From Nitrospirota bacterium (GTDB lineage Bacteria > Nitrospirota > UBA9217): a DNA stretch of 64,000 nucleotides. A program made the position numbers and the translations under genes. The stretch spans positions 64,001 to 128,000 of the forward strand of contig CAVVUN010000015.1 of NCBI GenBank assembly GCA_963751455.1. Direction: 5' to 3'. Under the pieces are notes generated by a model. The model saw only the letters and a list, made by a program, of their open reading frames with translations. It was not told the DNA's origin and did no database searches. Within the stretch, counting starts at the first letter, position 1. Each line of letters starts with the position of its first letter. Shown piece after piece: positions 30,817 to 40,552 of the stretch.

Positions 30817-32154
30817 GTGAAACCGAACTTTAAAGGCAAGCGGGTGACGGTCGTCGGTATGGCTCGGAGCGGCATAGGCGCCGCACGGGCGCTCCACGCC
30901 CTCGGCGCCCGTGTAACTATCACCGAAAAAAAACCTGTTGATCAGCTGCAGGAGCAGATAAAAGCGCTGGGCAGCGGTGACATCCTCGTCGAAGCGGGAG
31001 GCCACCCTGAGCGCATTTTCACGCAAGCCGACCTGATCGTGCTCTCTCCCGGAGTTCCGAAGATACCGCAGGTTCTGACCGCCAGCCGGCACGGCGTAAA
31101 AGTCATCAGCGAACTCGAGCTTGCCTGGCTTCTGTCAAAGTCTCCGTATATCGGCATTACCGGCACGAACGGCAAATCTACGGTCACAACGCTCACCGGG
31201 CTCATGCTGGAGCGGGCAAAAAAGAAGGTGCTTGTAGCGGGGAACATCGGCAACGCGCTTACCGAGCAACCGCGCCTGTTGACCGGGCAGGACTGGATCG
31301 TGGCGGAGCTCTCGAGCTTTCAACTCGAGGACATCGAGACCTTCAGGCCGCGCGTGGCAGCGATCCTGAATGTCACGCAGGACCATCTTGACCGGTACCA
31401 TGACATTTCGGAATACGCCGCAGCCAAGGCGCGGGTTTGCATGAACCAGAGGAAGGAAGATTTTCTCTTGTTGAATTTCGATGATCCGCTGGTAAAGCCC
31501 ATGGCGCTGAGGGTGGGGGCGACAGTCATTCCTTTTTCCCGCATGCACCGGTTCAACCCGGGCGCCTGCGTGCTCGATGGTTACCTGCTCTATAACGGAA
31601 AGAGAATCATTCGCGCGGATGAAATAAAAATTAAGGGTGTGCATAACCTTGAAAACGCATTGGCCGCGGCTGCCTTGTCGCTTGCCGCAGGGGCCGATGC
31701 GGAATCGGTTGCCGCTGTGCTCAGGGAATTCCCGGGTCTCGAACACCGGCTTGAGTTTGTGCGCGAAAAGGACGGGGTAGCCTATATAAACGATTCAAAG
31801 GGTACGAACGTCGGCGCTGTGGTTAAGTCCGTAGAAGGCTTCACGCAGCCGGTCATCCTCATCGCCGGCGGGCTTGACAAGGGCAGCGACTTCAGTCCCC
31901 TCTTCGACTTGTTCAAGAAGAAAGTGAAGCTCCTGATCCTGATCGGCAAGGCCGCGGACAAAATGATGACAGCACTGGGTGCATCTACCGAGACGGTTCT
32001 CATGAGGACGCTTCAGGACGCGGTGCAGTTTGCTTCGTCGCGGGCTTCTCAGGGGGACGTTGTGCTTCTTTCGCCTGCCTGCGCGAGCTTTGACATGTTC
32101 AAAGACTTCGAGGACCGGGGGAGGCAGTTCAAAGAAGCGGTGCGCGCGCTCTAG
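30817..32154 (+). CDS. murD: UDP-MurNAc-Ala:D-Glu ligase MurD
   Basis: GITGTNGKST, ELSSFQL, DHLDRY, NDSKGTN, LLSPACASFDMF. Confidence 0.97.
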   Translation: MKPNFKGKRVTVVGMARSGIGAARALHALGARVTITEKKPVDQLQEQIKALGSGDILVEAGGHPERIFTQADLIVLSPGVPKIPQVLTASRHGVKVISELELAWLLSKSPYIGITGTNGKSTVTTLTGLMLERAKKKVLVAGNIGNALTEQPRLLTGQDWIVAELSSFQLEDIETFRPRVAAILNVTQDHLDRYHDISEYAAAKARVCMNQRKEDFLLLNFDDPLVKPMALRVGATVIPFSRMHRFNPGACVLDGYLLYNGKRIIRADEIKIKGVHNLENALAAAALSLAAGADAESVAAVLREFPGLEHRLEFVREKDGVAYINDSKGTNVGAVVKSVEGFTQPVILIAGGLDKGSDFSPLFDLFKKKVKLLILIGKAADKMMTALGASTETVLMRTLQDAVQFASSRASQGDVVLLSPACASFDMFKDFEDRGRQFKEAVRAL

Positions 32155-32176
32155 CGCAAGTGCGGAGTGGGAAGTA

Positions 32177-32261
32177 TTCGTTTGTTTGGTTTGTCTGGTT
32201 AATTTGGTTTGTCGGGTTAGAACCAAACAAACTAAACAAGCACAATAACCAAGTAAACCGA
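32177..32261. repeat. 9-mer periodic IR element (TTGGTTTGT / AACCAAACA)
   Basis: TTCGTTTGT TTGGTTTGT CTGGTTAAT TTGGTTTGT ... AACCAAACA AACTAAACA ... AACCGAA. Confidence 0.75.
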
Positions 32262-32287
32262 AATGGAATGTGGAGTTCAGAGTGCAA

Positions 32288-33394
32288 ATGAGACTGGACC
32301 ACAAGGGACACTATGACGCGACACTTCTCTTCACGATCCTGTCGCTGCTCGTAATCAGCGTCGTCATGGTGTACAGTTCAAGCAGCGTCGTAGCGCTCAC
32401 CGCCTATGATGACCCGGCTTTTTTCATGAAGCGCCAACTTCTGTGGGCGGTGCTCGGGCTCGGCGCCATGGCCGTGAGCATGCGCATAGACCATAGGGTG
32501 CTTGCCGACCAGCGGCTCGTGATCGCGCTCGTTGTCGTCTGCCTGCTGCTGCTCGGGATGACCCTCATTCCCGGAGTCGGCAGAATGGCGAACGGGTCAA
32601 GGCGCTGGCTTCGCCTGGGGATCCTTTCATTTCAGCCCTCGGAATTAGCAAAGCTCGGGCTTGTGGTCTATATGAGCTACTTCATAGCGAAAAAGGGAGA
32701 GCGCATTCGTGACTTCATGAACGGACTGGTGCCGGCTTACGTGGTTTCGGCCGTCTTCCTCGGAGTCGTTATACTTCAGCCTGATTTCGGCGCCGGCATG
32801 ACGCTTGCCGCGGTCGTAGGAATCATGCTGTTCGCAGGAGGCGCGAACCTGCTGCATCTCGCGGGGACAGCTCTTGCGGCGCTGCCAATCGTTTTTTTTG
32901 CTGTTGCGGGAAGCGCCTACCGGCTCCGCAGAATATTCGCGTTCCTCGACCCGTGGGGGGACCCGCATGGCTCGGGGCATCAGATCATCCAGTCGTTTCT
33001 GGCTTTCGGCAGCGGCGGTCTTCTCGGCCGCGGGCTTGGCGAAGGCAGGCAGAAGCTCCTGTTTTTGCCGGAACGGCATTCCGACTTTATCTACGCAGTG
33101 ATCGGCGAGGAACTGGGCCTTCTCGGTGCGCTTTCGGTGCTGGCGCTTTTTCTGATCCTTTTATGGCGCGGCGTTCGCACTGCACTGGCGAGCGGCGAGA
33201 CGTTCAGCCGAATGCTAGCACTCGGCATAACGCTCCTCGCCTGCATGCAAGGTATGATCAATATGGCTGTTGTGACCGGACTTTTGCCGACCAAGGGCAT
33301 TGCACTGCCGCTGGTCAGTTACGGCGGCTCATCGCTGATGGTCACGATGGCCGCGCTGGGCGTGCTGCTGAATATTTCGCGGGAAACGGCGTGA
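32288..33394 (+). CDS. ftsW: SEDS peptidoglycan polymerase FtsW
   Basis: NGSRRWL, FQPSELAK, QPDFG, LPERHSDFI, LPLVSYGGSS. Confidence 0.96.
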   Translation: MRLDHKGHYDATLLFTILSLLVISVVMVYSSSSVVALTAYDDPAFFMKRQLLWAVLGLGAMAVSMRIDHRVLADQRLVIALVVVCLLLLGMTLIPGVGRMANGSRRWLRLGILSFQPSELAKLGLVVYMSYFIAKKGERIRDFMNGLVPAYVVSAVFLGVVILQPDFGAGMTLAAVVGIMLFAGGANLLHLAGTALAALPIVFFAVAGSAYRLRRIFAFLDPWGDPHGSGHQIIQSFLAFGSGGLLGRGLGEGRQKLLFLPERHSDFIYAVIGEELGLLGALSVLALFLILLWRGVRTALASGETFSRMLALGITLLACMQGMINMAVVTGLLPTKGIALPLVSYGGSSLMVTMAALGVLLNISRETA

Positions 33395-33419
33395 AAAGAT
33401 ATTGCGGAGTGCGGATTGC

Positions 33420-33554
33420 AGCCTGCACTCGCGCGAGCACTGCTTAGACTCATTGTCGTACCATCTCGCTGAGTAAGGCTTAGACCCTTTGTCGACCATC
33501 GCACTGAGAAACGTGTGACGGGAATCAAGGACCTCATAAGCGCTGGCCGCAGGC
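33420..33554. mobile_element. AGCCTGC...GCAGGC insertion element, long 135-bp copy, inside a 7-mer array
   Basis: GCGGATTGC|AGCCTGCACTCGCGC...CATAAGCGCTGGCCGCAGGC|GGATTGCGG; internal ~36-nt tandem duplication. Confidence 0.7.
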
Positions 33555-33602
33555 GGATTGCGGAATGAAAAACGAATTCAAAGAAGCAAAATCGGAAACA
33601 TC

Positions 33603-34679
33603 ATGAAGATTATTATCGCCGCCGGAGGAACGGGAGGGCATTTGTACCCGGGAATCGCCATAGCGCGCGAACTGCTTCGGGCACCGGGAAATGAAGTGCT
33701 TTTCGTGGGCACTCAGCAGGGAATCGAGGCAAAGGTGCTGCCTAAGGAGGCGCTTCCGGTTCGTTTCATAACGGTCGGAAAGATCAAGGGCATGAACATC
33801 GGATCGATAACAAAGACGCTGGTTACGCTGCCGCGAAGCATTGTTCAGTCGGTCAGCCTGCTGCGCGAAACACGGCCGGACGCGGTCATAGGCGTCGGCG
33901 GCTACTCGTCGGGTCCCGTAGCGCTTGCGGCGCTGCTGCGGAGAACACCGCTTTTCATTGTTGAGCCCAATTCATATGCCGGGCTCGCAAACAGGGTGCT
34001 GGGGAAGGTCGCGAACAGGATAATCCTCTGCTTTCCGGGCACTGACCGTCATAATTTTTTTCCCAAAAAGAAGACGATAACCATGGGGCCGCTGGTACGA
34101 CAAGGAATCGAGCTCGGCAACCGCGATAAAGCGTTCAAGGACTTCGACCTCGATCCCGGGAAGTTTACAGTCTTTATCATGGGAGGTAGCGGAGGGGCCC
34201 ATGCCATTAACCTGGCGATGAAGCAGGCGGCCGCGCTCCTGACGGACCGCCCGGATCTGCAGGTCCTTCACCAGACCGGAGAAATGGATGCGGCCGATAT
34301 AAGGGCCGGGTACCGCACGGCACGCGTGAAGGCCACAGTGCTTCCCTTCATCCACGATATGGCGGGCGCGTATGCGGCAGCGGACCTCGTCGTCTCCCGG
34401 TCGGGCGCCACCACAGTGGCGGAGCTCGCGGTCTGCGGCAAGCGTGCGGTGCTTGTTCCCTATCCTTTTGCAGCGGACAATCATCAGGAATATAATGCGA
34501 GGACCCTTGCGGCGAGGGGCGCGGCCGAAGTAATTGTACAAAAGGAGCTGACTCCGAAAAGACTGGCGGAATTGATTCTGAAATATGCGGGGGCCCGTGC
34601 GGAAGCTGCGGCTCCGCAGGCAAATACAGCAGCGAAGGAGATCGCAGAGATCTGCAAGAACTATGTTCAAGAAAATTAA
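33603..34679 (+). CDS. murG: MurG glycosyltransferase
   Basis: [30 protein letters not shown]. Confidence 0.96.
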   Translation: MKIIIAAGGTGGHLYPGIAIARELLRAPGNEVLFVGTQQGIEAKVLPKEALPVRFITVGKIKGMNIGSITKTLVTLPRSIVQSVSLLRETRPDAVIGVGGYSSGPVALAALLRRTPLFIVEPNSYAGLANRVLGKVANRIILCFPGTDRHNFFPKKKTITMGPLVRQGIELGNRDKAFKDFDLDPGKFTVFIMGGSGGAHAINLAMKQAAALLTDRPDLQVLHQTGEMDAADIRAGYRTARVKATVLPFIHDMAGAYAAADLVVSRSGATTVAELAVCGKRAVLVPYPFAADNHQEYNARTLAARGAAEVIVQKELTPKRLAELILKYAGARAEAAAPQANTAAKEIAEICKNYVQEN

Positions 34680-36045
34680 ACACATTCATTTCGTCGGTAT
34701 CGGCGGCATCGGCATGAGCGGCATCGCCGAGGTGCTGCTGAATCTGGGATATAAAGTTTCCGGGTCGGACATGAGGGAGTCGGAGATTACCGAGCGGCTC
34801 AAAAAGCTGGGTGCTGATATTTTCATCGGCCACCGGGCAGAGAACATCGCTGAACCGCATGTCGTTGTGATCTCGTCGGCGGTGAAGGCTGACAATCTCG
34901 AAGTTATTGCTGCGCGGGAAAAGCAGATTCCGGTCATCCCGCGCGCCGAGATGCTCGCAGAGCTGATGCGGCTCAAATACGGCGTGGCGATCGCGGGCGC
35001 CCACGGGAAAACAACGACGACATCGATGGTCGCGACGGTCCTTGCGGCCGGCGGCATCGACCCAACCGTGGTTATCGGCGGAAAGCTGAACAGCATCGGC
35101 ACGAACGCAAAGCTTGGGCAGGGCGAGTTCCTGGTGGCGGAGGCGGACGAGAGCGACGGGAGTTTTCTGAAGCTTTCGCCTACAATAGCGGTAGTAACGA
35201 CGATCGACGCCGAGCATCTGGATTATTACAAGGACATTGACGAGATCAAGAGCGCGTTTCTGGCTTTTATAAATAAGGTGCCTTTCTACGGCGTTTCTGT
35301 GCTGTGCCTGGACCAGCCCCATATTCAATCGCTCATTCCTTCGCTGCAGAAGCGGTACCAGACATACGGCATGACCTCGCAGGCCGATTACCAGGCAAAA
35401 GAAGTTTCCCTGAAGCCGCTCGGCTCCCGGTTCAAAGTGATTCATCACGACCAGGATCTCGGGTGGTTCGAGCTCTCGGTGCCCGGTGTTCATAATATCA
35501 ATAACAGTCTGGCGGCAATAGCGGTGGCACGGGAACTGGATATGGATGTCGAGGTTATCAGGAAAGCCATCAAGGAGTTCAGCGGGGTGCAGCGGCGTTT
35601 CCAGATCAAGGGAGAGGCAAAGGGGATCATCGTGGTGGACGATTACGGGCATCATCCCACGGAGGTGAAGGCGACGCTTGCCGCAGCGGCATCGGGCCTC
35701 GAACGCCGGGTAGTGGTTGTGTTCCAGCCTCACCGGTACACCAGGACACAGCATCTTCTTGAGGAATTCTTTACCGCCTTTAATCAGGCGGACAAGCTTA
35801 TCATGATGGACATCTACGCCGCAGGAGAAAAACCGATACCGGGCGTCTCCGGAGAGGCGCTGTACGAGGGAATAAAAAAACACGGACATCGGGACGTGAC
35901 CTACATTGCAGACAAGGAAAAGATCGCAGACCACATGGCTGAGGTTCTCAGGCGCGGCGATTTGATGATCACGCTGGGAGCGGGCGACGTTTGGAAAATC
36001 GGCGAGCAGGTACTGGAAAGGCTGAATTCGCAGCAGAAAGCGTAG
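34663..36045 (+). CDS. murC: UDP-MurNAc:L-Ala ligase MurC
   Basis: [46 protein letters not shown]. Confidence 0.97.
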   Translation: MFKKIKHIHFVGIGGIGMSGIAEVLLNLGYKVSGSDMRESEITERLKKLGADIFIGHRAENIAEPHVVVISSAVKADNLEVIAAREKQIPVIPRAEMLAELMRLKYGVAIAGAHGKTTTTSMVATVLAAGGIDPTVVIGGKLNSIGTNAKLGQGEFLVAEADESDGSFLKLSPTIAVVTTIDAEHLDYYKDIDEIKSAFLAFINKVPFYGVSVLCLDQPHIQSLIPSLQKRYQTYGMTSQADYQAKEVSLKPLGSRFKVIHHDQDLGWFELSVPGVHNINNSLAAIAVARELDMDVEVIRKAIKEFSGVQRRFQIKGEAKGIIVVDDYGHHPTEVKATLAAAASGLERRVVVVFQPHRYTRTQHLLEEFFTAFNQADKLIMMDIYAAGEKPIPGVSGEALYEGIKKHGHRDVTYIADKEKIADHMAEVLRRGDLMITLGAGDVWKIGEQVLERLNSQQKA

Positions 36046-36079
36046 TGTCGGAGTAAAAAAACTGAATACGGAGCATACC

Positions 36080-36988
36080 ATGCAAATCGCAAACTTTAAG
36101 GGAGAGATTAAAAAGAACGAGCCGTTGAGCATGCACACCTCATTTGCGGTCGGCGGTCCTGCCGATATTGTGGCGTATCCGACCGACCGGGAGGACCTGG
36201 TCTCGCTTTTAAAAGAGATCAAAAAGCGCGGAATGAAATATTTCATTCTGGGCGGCGGCACCAACCTGCTTGTCCGCGACGGCGGTTTTCGCGGGGCTGT
36301 GATAAAGCTCGAGCGCCTTGCTGCGGTCAGGATCGAACGTGAATATCGGTCGGTAGGCGGCGCCTTCGCCGCTGTGTATGCGCAGGCGGGTGTGCCCCTG
36401 CCGAAGCTCCATTTTTTCGCGGCCGAACAGGGGCTTACCGGGCTCGAATTCGCAACAGGCATACCGGGAACCGTAGGCGGGGCCATCTGCATGAACGCGG
36501 GAACCGCGGCGGGAGAGACAGGTGACGTTATCGAATCAGTTACGCTGCTGTCTCCTGAAGGAGAGGTCATCACCAGACTGAGGGATGAGATGTCCTTCGG
36601 TTATCGCAGTTCTCGTATTCCGGACGGGCATCTGGTTGTCGATGCCATATTCATTCTGCGGCGGGACGATAAGGAGAAAATCAAGGCGCGTATCAGGGAG
36701 CTGCTGGAAAAGCGGAAGCAGGGCCAGCCGCTGAATTTCCCGAATGCGGGCTCCATCTTCAAAAATCCGCAGGAGGTGCCCGCCGGCCGGCTTATCGAGA
36801 CTGCGAAGCTGAAGGGAAAAAGGGTCGGAGACGCTGAGGTTTCCGACAAGCATGCAAACTTCATCGTAAATACGGGAAAGGCGACAGCCAGGGACGTGCT
36901 CGCGCTCATGGAGATTGTAAAGCAGACCGTGCTTGATGTGCATGGTGTGCGGCTCGAACCGGAAATAAAAATAATCGGAGAAGACTAA
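36080..36988 (+). CDS. murB: UDP-N-acetylenolpyruvoylglucosamine reductase MurB
   Basis: LGGGTNLL, GIPGTVGGA, NAGSIFKNP, KHANFIVN, LEPE. Confidence 0.96.
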   Translation: MQIANFKGEIKKNEPLSMHTSFAVGGPADIVAYPTDREDLVSLLKEIKKRGMKYFILGGGTNLLVRDGGFRGAVIKLERLAAVRIEREYRSVGGAFAAVYAQAGVPLPKLHFFAAEQGLTGLEFATGIPGTVGGAICMNAGTAAGETGDVIESVTLLSPEGEVITRLRDEMSFGYRSSRIPDGHLVVDAIFILRRDDKEKIKARIRELLEKRKQGQPLNFPNAGSIFKNPQEVPAGRLIETAKLKGKRVGDAEVSDKHANFIVNTGKATARDVLALMEIVKQTVLDVHGVRLEPEIKIIGED

Positions 36989-37003
36989 CTGATTGCGGAT
37001 TGC

Positions 37004-37042
37004 AGCCTGCACTCGCGCTTCGCATAAGCGCTGGCCGCAGGC
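37004..37042. mobile_element. AGCCTGC...GCAGGC insertion element, 39-bp copy, inside a 7-mer array
   Basis: GATTGCGGATTGC|AGCCTGCACTCGCGCTTCGCATAAGCGCTGGCCGCAGGC|GGAATGTGGATTGCGGAATG. Confidence 0.72.
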
Positions 37043-37117
37043 GGAATGTGGATTGCGGAATGTTTCGGACCGACGAACCGCAGTTCGTCTTCACCCAACT
37101 CAGCTTAAAGGAGCAGT

Positions 37118-38041
37118 ATGAGTTTAGTTACCGATAAAAAAATAGGGGTTCTTCTGGGAGGACTGTCATCGGAGCGCGAGGTGTCTCTCGCGAGCGGGAA
37201 TGCAATCCTGAAGGCGCTGAAGGAAAAGGGCTACCACCCGGTTGCGATTGATGTAAACAAGGACATTGCGCAAAAGCTCCATGAAGCCCGGATCGAAATT
37301 GCCTTTATCGCGCTTCACGGCAGGTTCGGCGAGGATGGGGCGATTCAGGGACTGCTCGAGGTCATGGGCATTCCCTACACCGGCTCCGGGATATTGGCCA
37401 GCGCCATAGGCATGAACAAATCAGTATCAAAGCAGGTGTTCCGGGCGCATGGGCTGCTTGTAGGCCCGTATGAAATTGTCTACACCGGAGACCGGCACAG
37501 CATACAGCAGATTCTCGATACAATCCGGTTTCCTGCTGTTATCAAGCCGCATGCTGAGGGATCAAGCGTCGGGGTGAGTCTTGTCTTCAAGAAGGAAGAC
37601 GTGGCGCCTGCCGTGGAGCTGGCATTCAGGTACGGCAATGAGATCCTGATCGAAAAATTCATAAAAGGCAAGGAAGTCCAGGTGGGCATTCTCGGCAACC
37701 GCGCGCTCGGCGCAATCGAGATCGTTCCGAAGCGGGCATTTTACGACTACGAAGCGAAATATGAAGCCGGCATGTCAGATCATTTTTTCCCGGCCCGCAT
37801 CCCGGATGACATATACAAAAGAACACTCGATGCGGGGCTGGCTGCTCATCGCGCCATCGGCTGCCGGGGCTACAGCAGGGTCGATTTTATCATTGACGAA
37901 GTAGGTCTGCCCTATATCCTGGAAGTCAACACGCTTCCGGGAATGACAGCGACCAGCCTGCTTCCCGAAATAGCGAAAGGGGTCGGAATATCGTTCCCGG
38001 ACCTGGTTGAGGAAATATTGAGGCTGGCGGTTATGGAATGA
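37118..38041 (+). CDS. ddl: D-alanine--D-alanine ligase
   Basis: GGLSSEREVSL, LHGRFGEDG, EGSSVG, YDYEAKY, LEVNTLPGMT. Confidence 0.97.
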   Translation: MSLVTDKKIGVLLGGLSSEREVSLASGNAILKALKEKGYHPVAIDVNKDIAQKLHEARIEIAFIALHGRFGEDGAIQGLLEVMGIPYTGSGILASAIGMNKSVSKQVFRAHGLLVGPYEIVYTGDRHSIQQILDTIRFPAVIKPHAEGSSVGVSLVFKKEDVAPAVELAFRYGNEILIEKFIKGKEVQVGILGNRALGAIEIVPKRAFYDYEAKYEAGMSDHFFPARIPDDIYKRTLDAGLAAHRAIGCRGYSRVDFIIDEVGLPYILEVNTLPGMTATSLLPEIAKGVGISFPDLVEEILRLAVME

Positions 38042-38097
38042 GCCGACCATGTCGGCGTTAATAGATAACGGCAACACGGTTGCCTTGGTCCAAAAAC

Positions 38098-38937
38098 ATG
38101 CGTGACTATAAAAATGTAAAAGTGCCAAGGGCCTATCGAACCACCGCGAAGCGGACGACCGTGAAGCGAGTTAATCGGATTTCGACCGGACCGGAGAAAA
38201 GTACAGGCCTGAAAGGAATTTTTCCGCAGGTACTCGTATTCTTTGTCATAGCAGGCGGGATCTGGCTGGGGTGGCAGGCATATATGCTGCTGACTAATGC
38301 CGAAATGTTCCAGATATCAGGCGTCGATGTGAAGGGCGTACAGCAGCTGGGCGAAGCGGACTTAAAGAAGATTGCCGGCGTATTCACCGGTCAGAACATA
38401 TTCCAAGCAGACATCGATGCGGCGGCCCGGCGTGCCCAGGCCAGTCCGTGGGTAAAGGAGGTCAGGATCCATCGAAGCCTCCCGAACAGGATTACGATGA
38501 CGTTCTTGGAGAGGGTTCCGCATGCGGTTCTCGATACAGGAACCGGCCGCTACCTCATGGACCGTGAGGGAGTGGTTATTGTCGGCTTGAAGGAAGCGGG
38601 CCGGGCCTGGGAGCTTCCGGTCATTGCGATCAAAGATTATAGCGCTACGCCAGGTCAGCCCGTAAGCCATGAATCCCTGGTCGAGGCGTTCACCCTTCTT
38701 GATGAAATAGCCGCGCGGGGAGGATGGAACGCCGCCGGTCTCACGGTCAAGGCCAACTCGCTGGAAACGCTGGCCCTCGTATATGCTGATCACGAGTTCA
38801 GAATCGGGAGCGGAAACTACAGTGAGAAGCTTCGCAGGCTTGCCGAGGTCATGGCCGATGCGAAAGAGCGTGGGTTGCAGGTGGCGTCTGTGGATGTGCG
38901 TGCGGAACGCCAGGCAGCAGTGATGGTGAGGAAATAA
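38098..38937 (+). CDS. ftsQ: Cell division protein FtsQ/DivIB
   Basis: TM plus POTRA (PWVKEVRIHRSLPN...ER); located between ddl and ftsA. Confidence 0.88.
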   Translation: MRDYKNVKVPRAYRTTAKRTTVKRVNRISTGPEKSTGLKGIFPQVLVFFVIAGGIWLGWQAYMLLTNAEMFQISGVDVKGVQQLGEADLKKIAGVFTGQNIFQADIDAAARRAQASPWVKEVRIHRSLPNRITMTFLERVPHAVLDTGTGRYLMDREGVVIVGLKEAGRAWELPVIAIKDYSATPGQPVSHESLVEAFTLLDEIAARGGWNAAGLTVKANSLETLALVYADHEFRIGSGNYSEKLRRLAEVMADAKERGLQVASVDVRAERQAAVMVRK

Positions 38938-39080
38938 CGGGTTAGCGTTGATTGGCAACGAGGCCCGTATCGTATTGAATGGCAACGGTAACGTGATCTG
39001 CCTGACACGAACGACGTGACCGTCTGACGGAACGGGCATCGTGACCGTCACCGATTTGATGTGAGAACCGGAGGTGCGAC

Positions 39081-40304
39081 TTGGTAAAAAAACCGGACAA
39101 CGTGCTCGTGGGCCTGGACCTGGGAACCACGAAAGTCTGCGCGATTGTGGGCGAGGTGAAAGACGGCGGCCAGGTGGATATCATCGGGATCGGCATCAGT
39201 CCCTCTCACGGCCTGAAAAAAGGCGTGGTCGTCAACATCGACAGCACCGTGGAGTCCATAAAAAAGGCCGTCCAGGAGGCCGAACTCATGGCCGGAGTGG
39301 AGATAAACTCGGTCTATGTAGGCATCTCCGGGAGCCACATCAAGGGCATCAACTCGAGGGGTGTTGTTGCAATCAAGAATAAAGAGGTCGGCCCCTCGGA
39401 CATTGCACGCGTGATTGATGCGGCCCGGGCTGTGAACATCCCGATGGACCAGCAGGTCCTTCACGTGCTCCCCCAGGAATTTATCATAGACGACCAGGAC
39501 GGCATCAAGGACCCGCTCGGGATGTTCGGTGTCAGGCTGGAGGCAAAAGTCCATATCATAACCGGCGCCCTCACGTCCATCCAGAACATCGTGAAAAGCT
39601 GCTCCCGCGCAGGCCTGCACGTGAACGACCTGGTCCTTCAGCCGCTTGCATCGAGCCGCGCCGTTCTGACCGCCGAGGAGCAAAGCCTCGGTGTGGTCGT
39701 CGTGGATATCGGCGGCGGAACCACCGACGTGGCCCTCTTTCTAGAAGGAAGTCTCTGGCACAGCGAGGTGCTCCCGCTCGGCGGCAACCACCTGACAAAC
39801 GATATCGCGATCGGGCTTCGCACTCCCGCGTCGGAGGCGGAAAAGATCAAGATCAAATACGGGTGCGCCCTGTCGTCACTCGTAAAAAATGAGGAGACCC
39901 TTGACGTGCCGAGCGTGGGGGGGAGGCCTCCGCGCCTCCTTTCACGCCAGATCCTTTCCGAGATCATCGAACCCCGGGTTGAGGAGCTTTTCGGCATGGT
40001 TCAGCAGCGGCTCAAGAAGACCGGGTTCGAGGACATGTTTGCGTCGGGCCTCGTCATCACCGGGGGTGTAGCCCTGATGGAAGGCGTACAGGAGGCGGCT
40101 GAGCGATTTCTCGGTATGCCTATCCGAAGGGGAACGCCGAGAAACATCGGCGGACTCATGGATGTTGTCAACAGCCCGATCTACGCCACCGGCGTAGGGC
40201 TCGTGCTCCATGGCGCTGAAAATCAGCAGGCCTCTCCCCGAAAATTCAGGGCCGGCGGCGGAGCATTCAACAAGTTCTGGAAGTGGCTGGGAGAATACGT
40301 ATAG
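39081..40304 (+). CDS. ftsA: Cell division protein FtsA
   Basis: GLDLGTTKV, VDIGGGTTD, amphipathic C-terminus FNKFWKWLGEYV; TTG start. Confidence 0.96.
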   Translation: MVKKPDNVLVGLDLGTTKVCAIVGEVKDGGQVDIIGIGISPSHGLKKGVVVNIDSTVESIKKAVQEAELMAGVEINSVYVGISGSHIKGINSRGVVAIKNKEVGPSDIARVIDAARAVNIPMDQQVLHVLPQEFIIDDQDGIKDPLGMFGVRLEAKVHIITGALTSIQNIVKSCSRAGLHVNDLVLQPLASSRAVLTAEEQSLGVVVVDIGGGTTDVALFLEGSLWHSEVLPLGGNHLTNDIAIGLRTPASEAEKIKIKYGCALSSLVKNEETLDVPSVGGRPPRLLSRQILSEIIEPRVEELFGMVQQRLKKTGFEDMFASGLVITGGVALMEGVQEAAERFLGMPIRRGTPRNIGGLMDVVNSPIYATGVGLVLHGAENQQASPRKFRAGGGAFNKFWKWLGEYV

Positions 40305-40315
40305 CTAAAAGCGCT

Positions 40316-40416
40316 ATTGAAAAATGCAAATTGAAAATTGGAAATTGCAAAGCGAAGTGTTGAAAACATACAGCAAAGCGCGCGATTTCCAATCAACAAT
40401 TTCCAATGTTTTTGCA
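40316..40416. repeat. 7-mer periodic IR element (AAATTG-type)
   Basis: ATTGAAAAATGCAAATTGAAAATTGGAAATTGCAAAG ... TTTCCAATCAACAATTTCCAAT. Confidence 0.65.
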
Positions 40417-40552
40417 GTAACCGGAGGGGACGATGGACGATAATCTCGATTTTGGTTTCCAGGACATCATGGAATTTGTTGCGAACACGGGCAGCGGGGC
40501 GTCGGGAGATGCCCCATTACAGGAAACAGGCGAGGAGAGGAGGACTAACGGA

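Noticed and set aside
33442-33512. Mini CRISPR array
   Set aside because: Only two adjacent degenerate units, no spacer, no cas genes.
34348-36573. 741-aa minus-strand ORF and other long antisense ORFs
   Set aside because: Shadow frames of murG/murC/murB and other GC-rich genes; no recognisable motifs.
38938-39055. Hexamer-like CGTGAC/GGCAAC repeats between ftsQ and ftsA
   Set aside because: Possibly another periodic element, but too degenerate to delimit.
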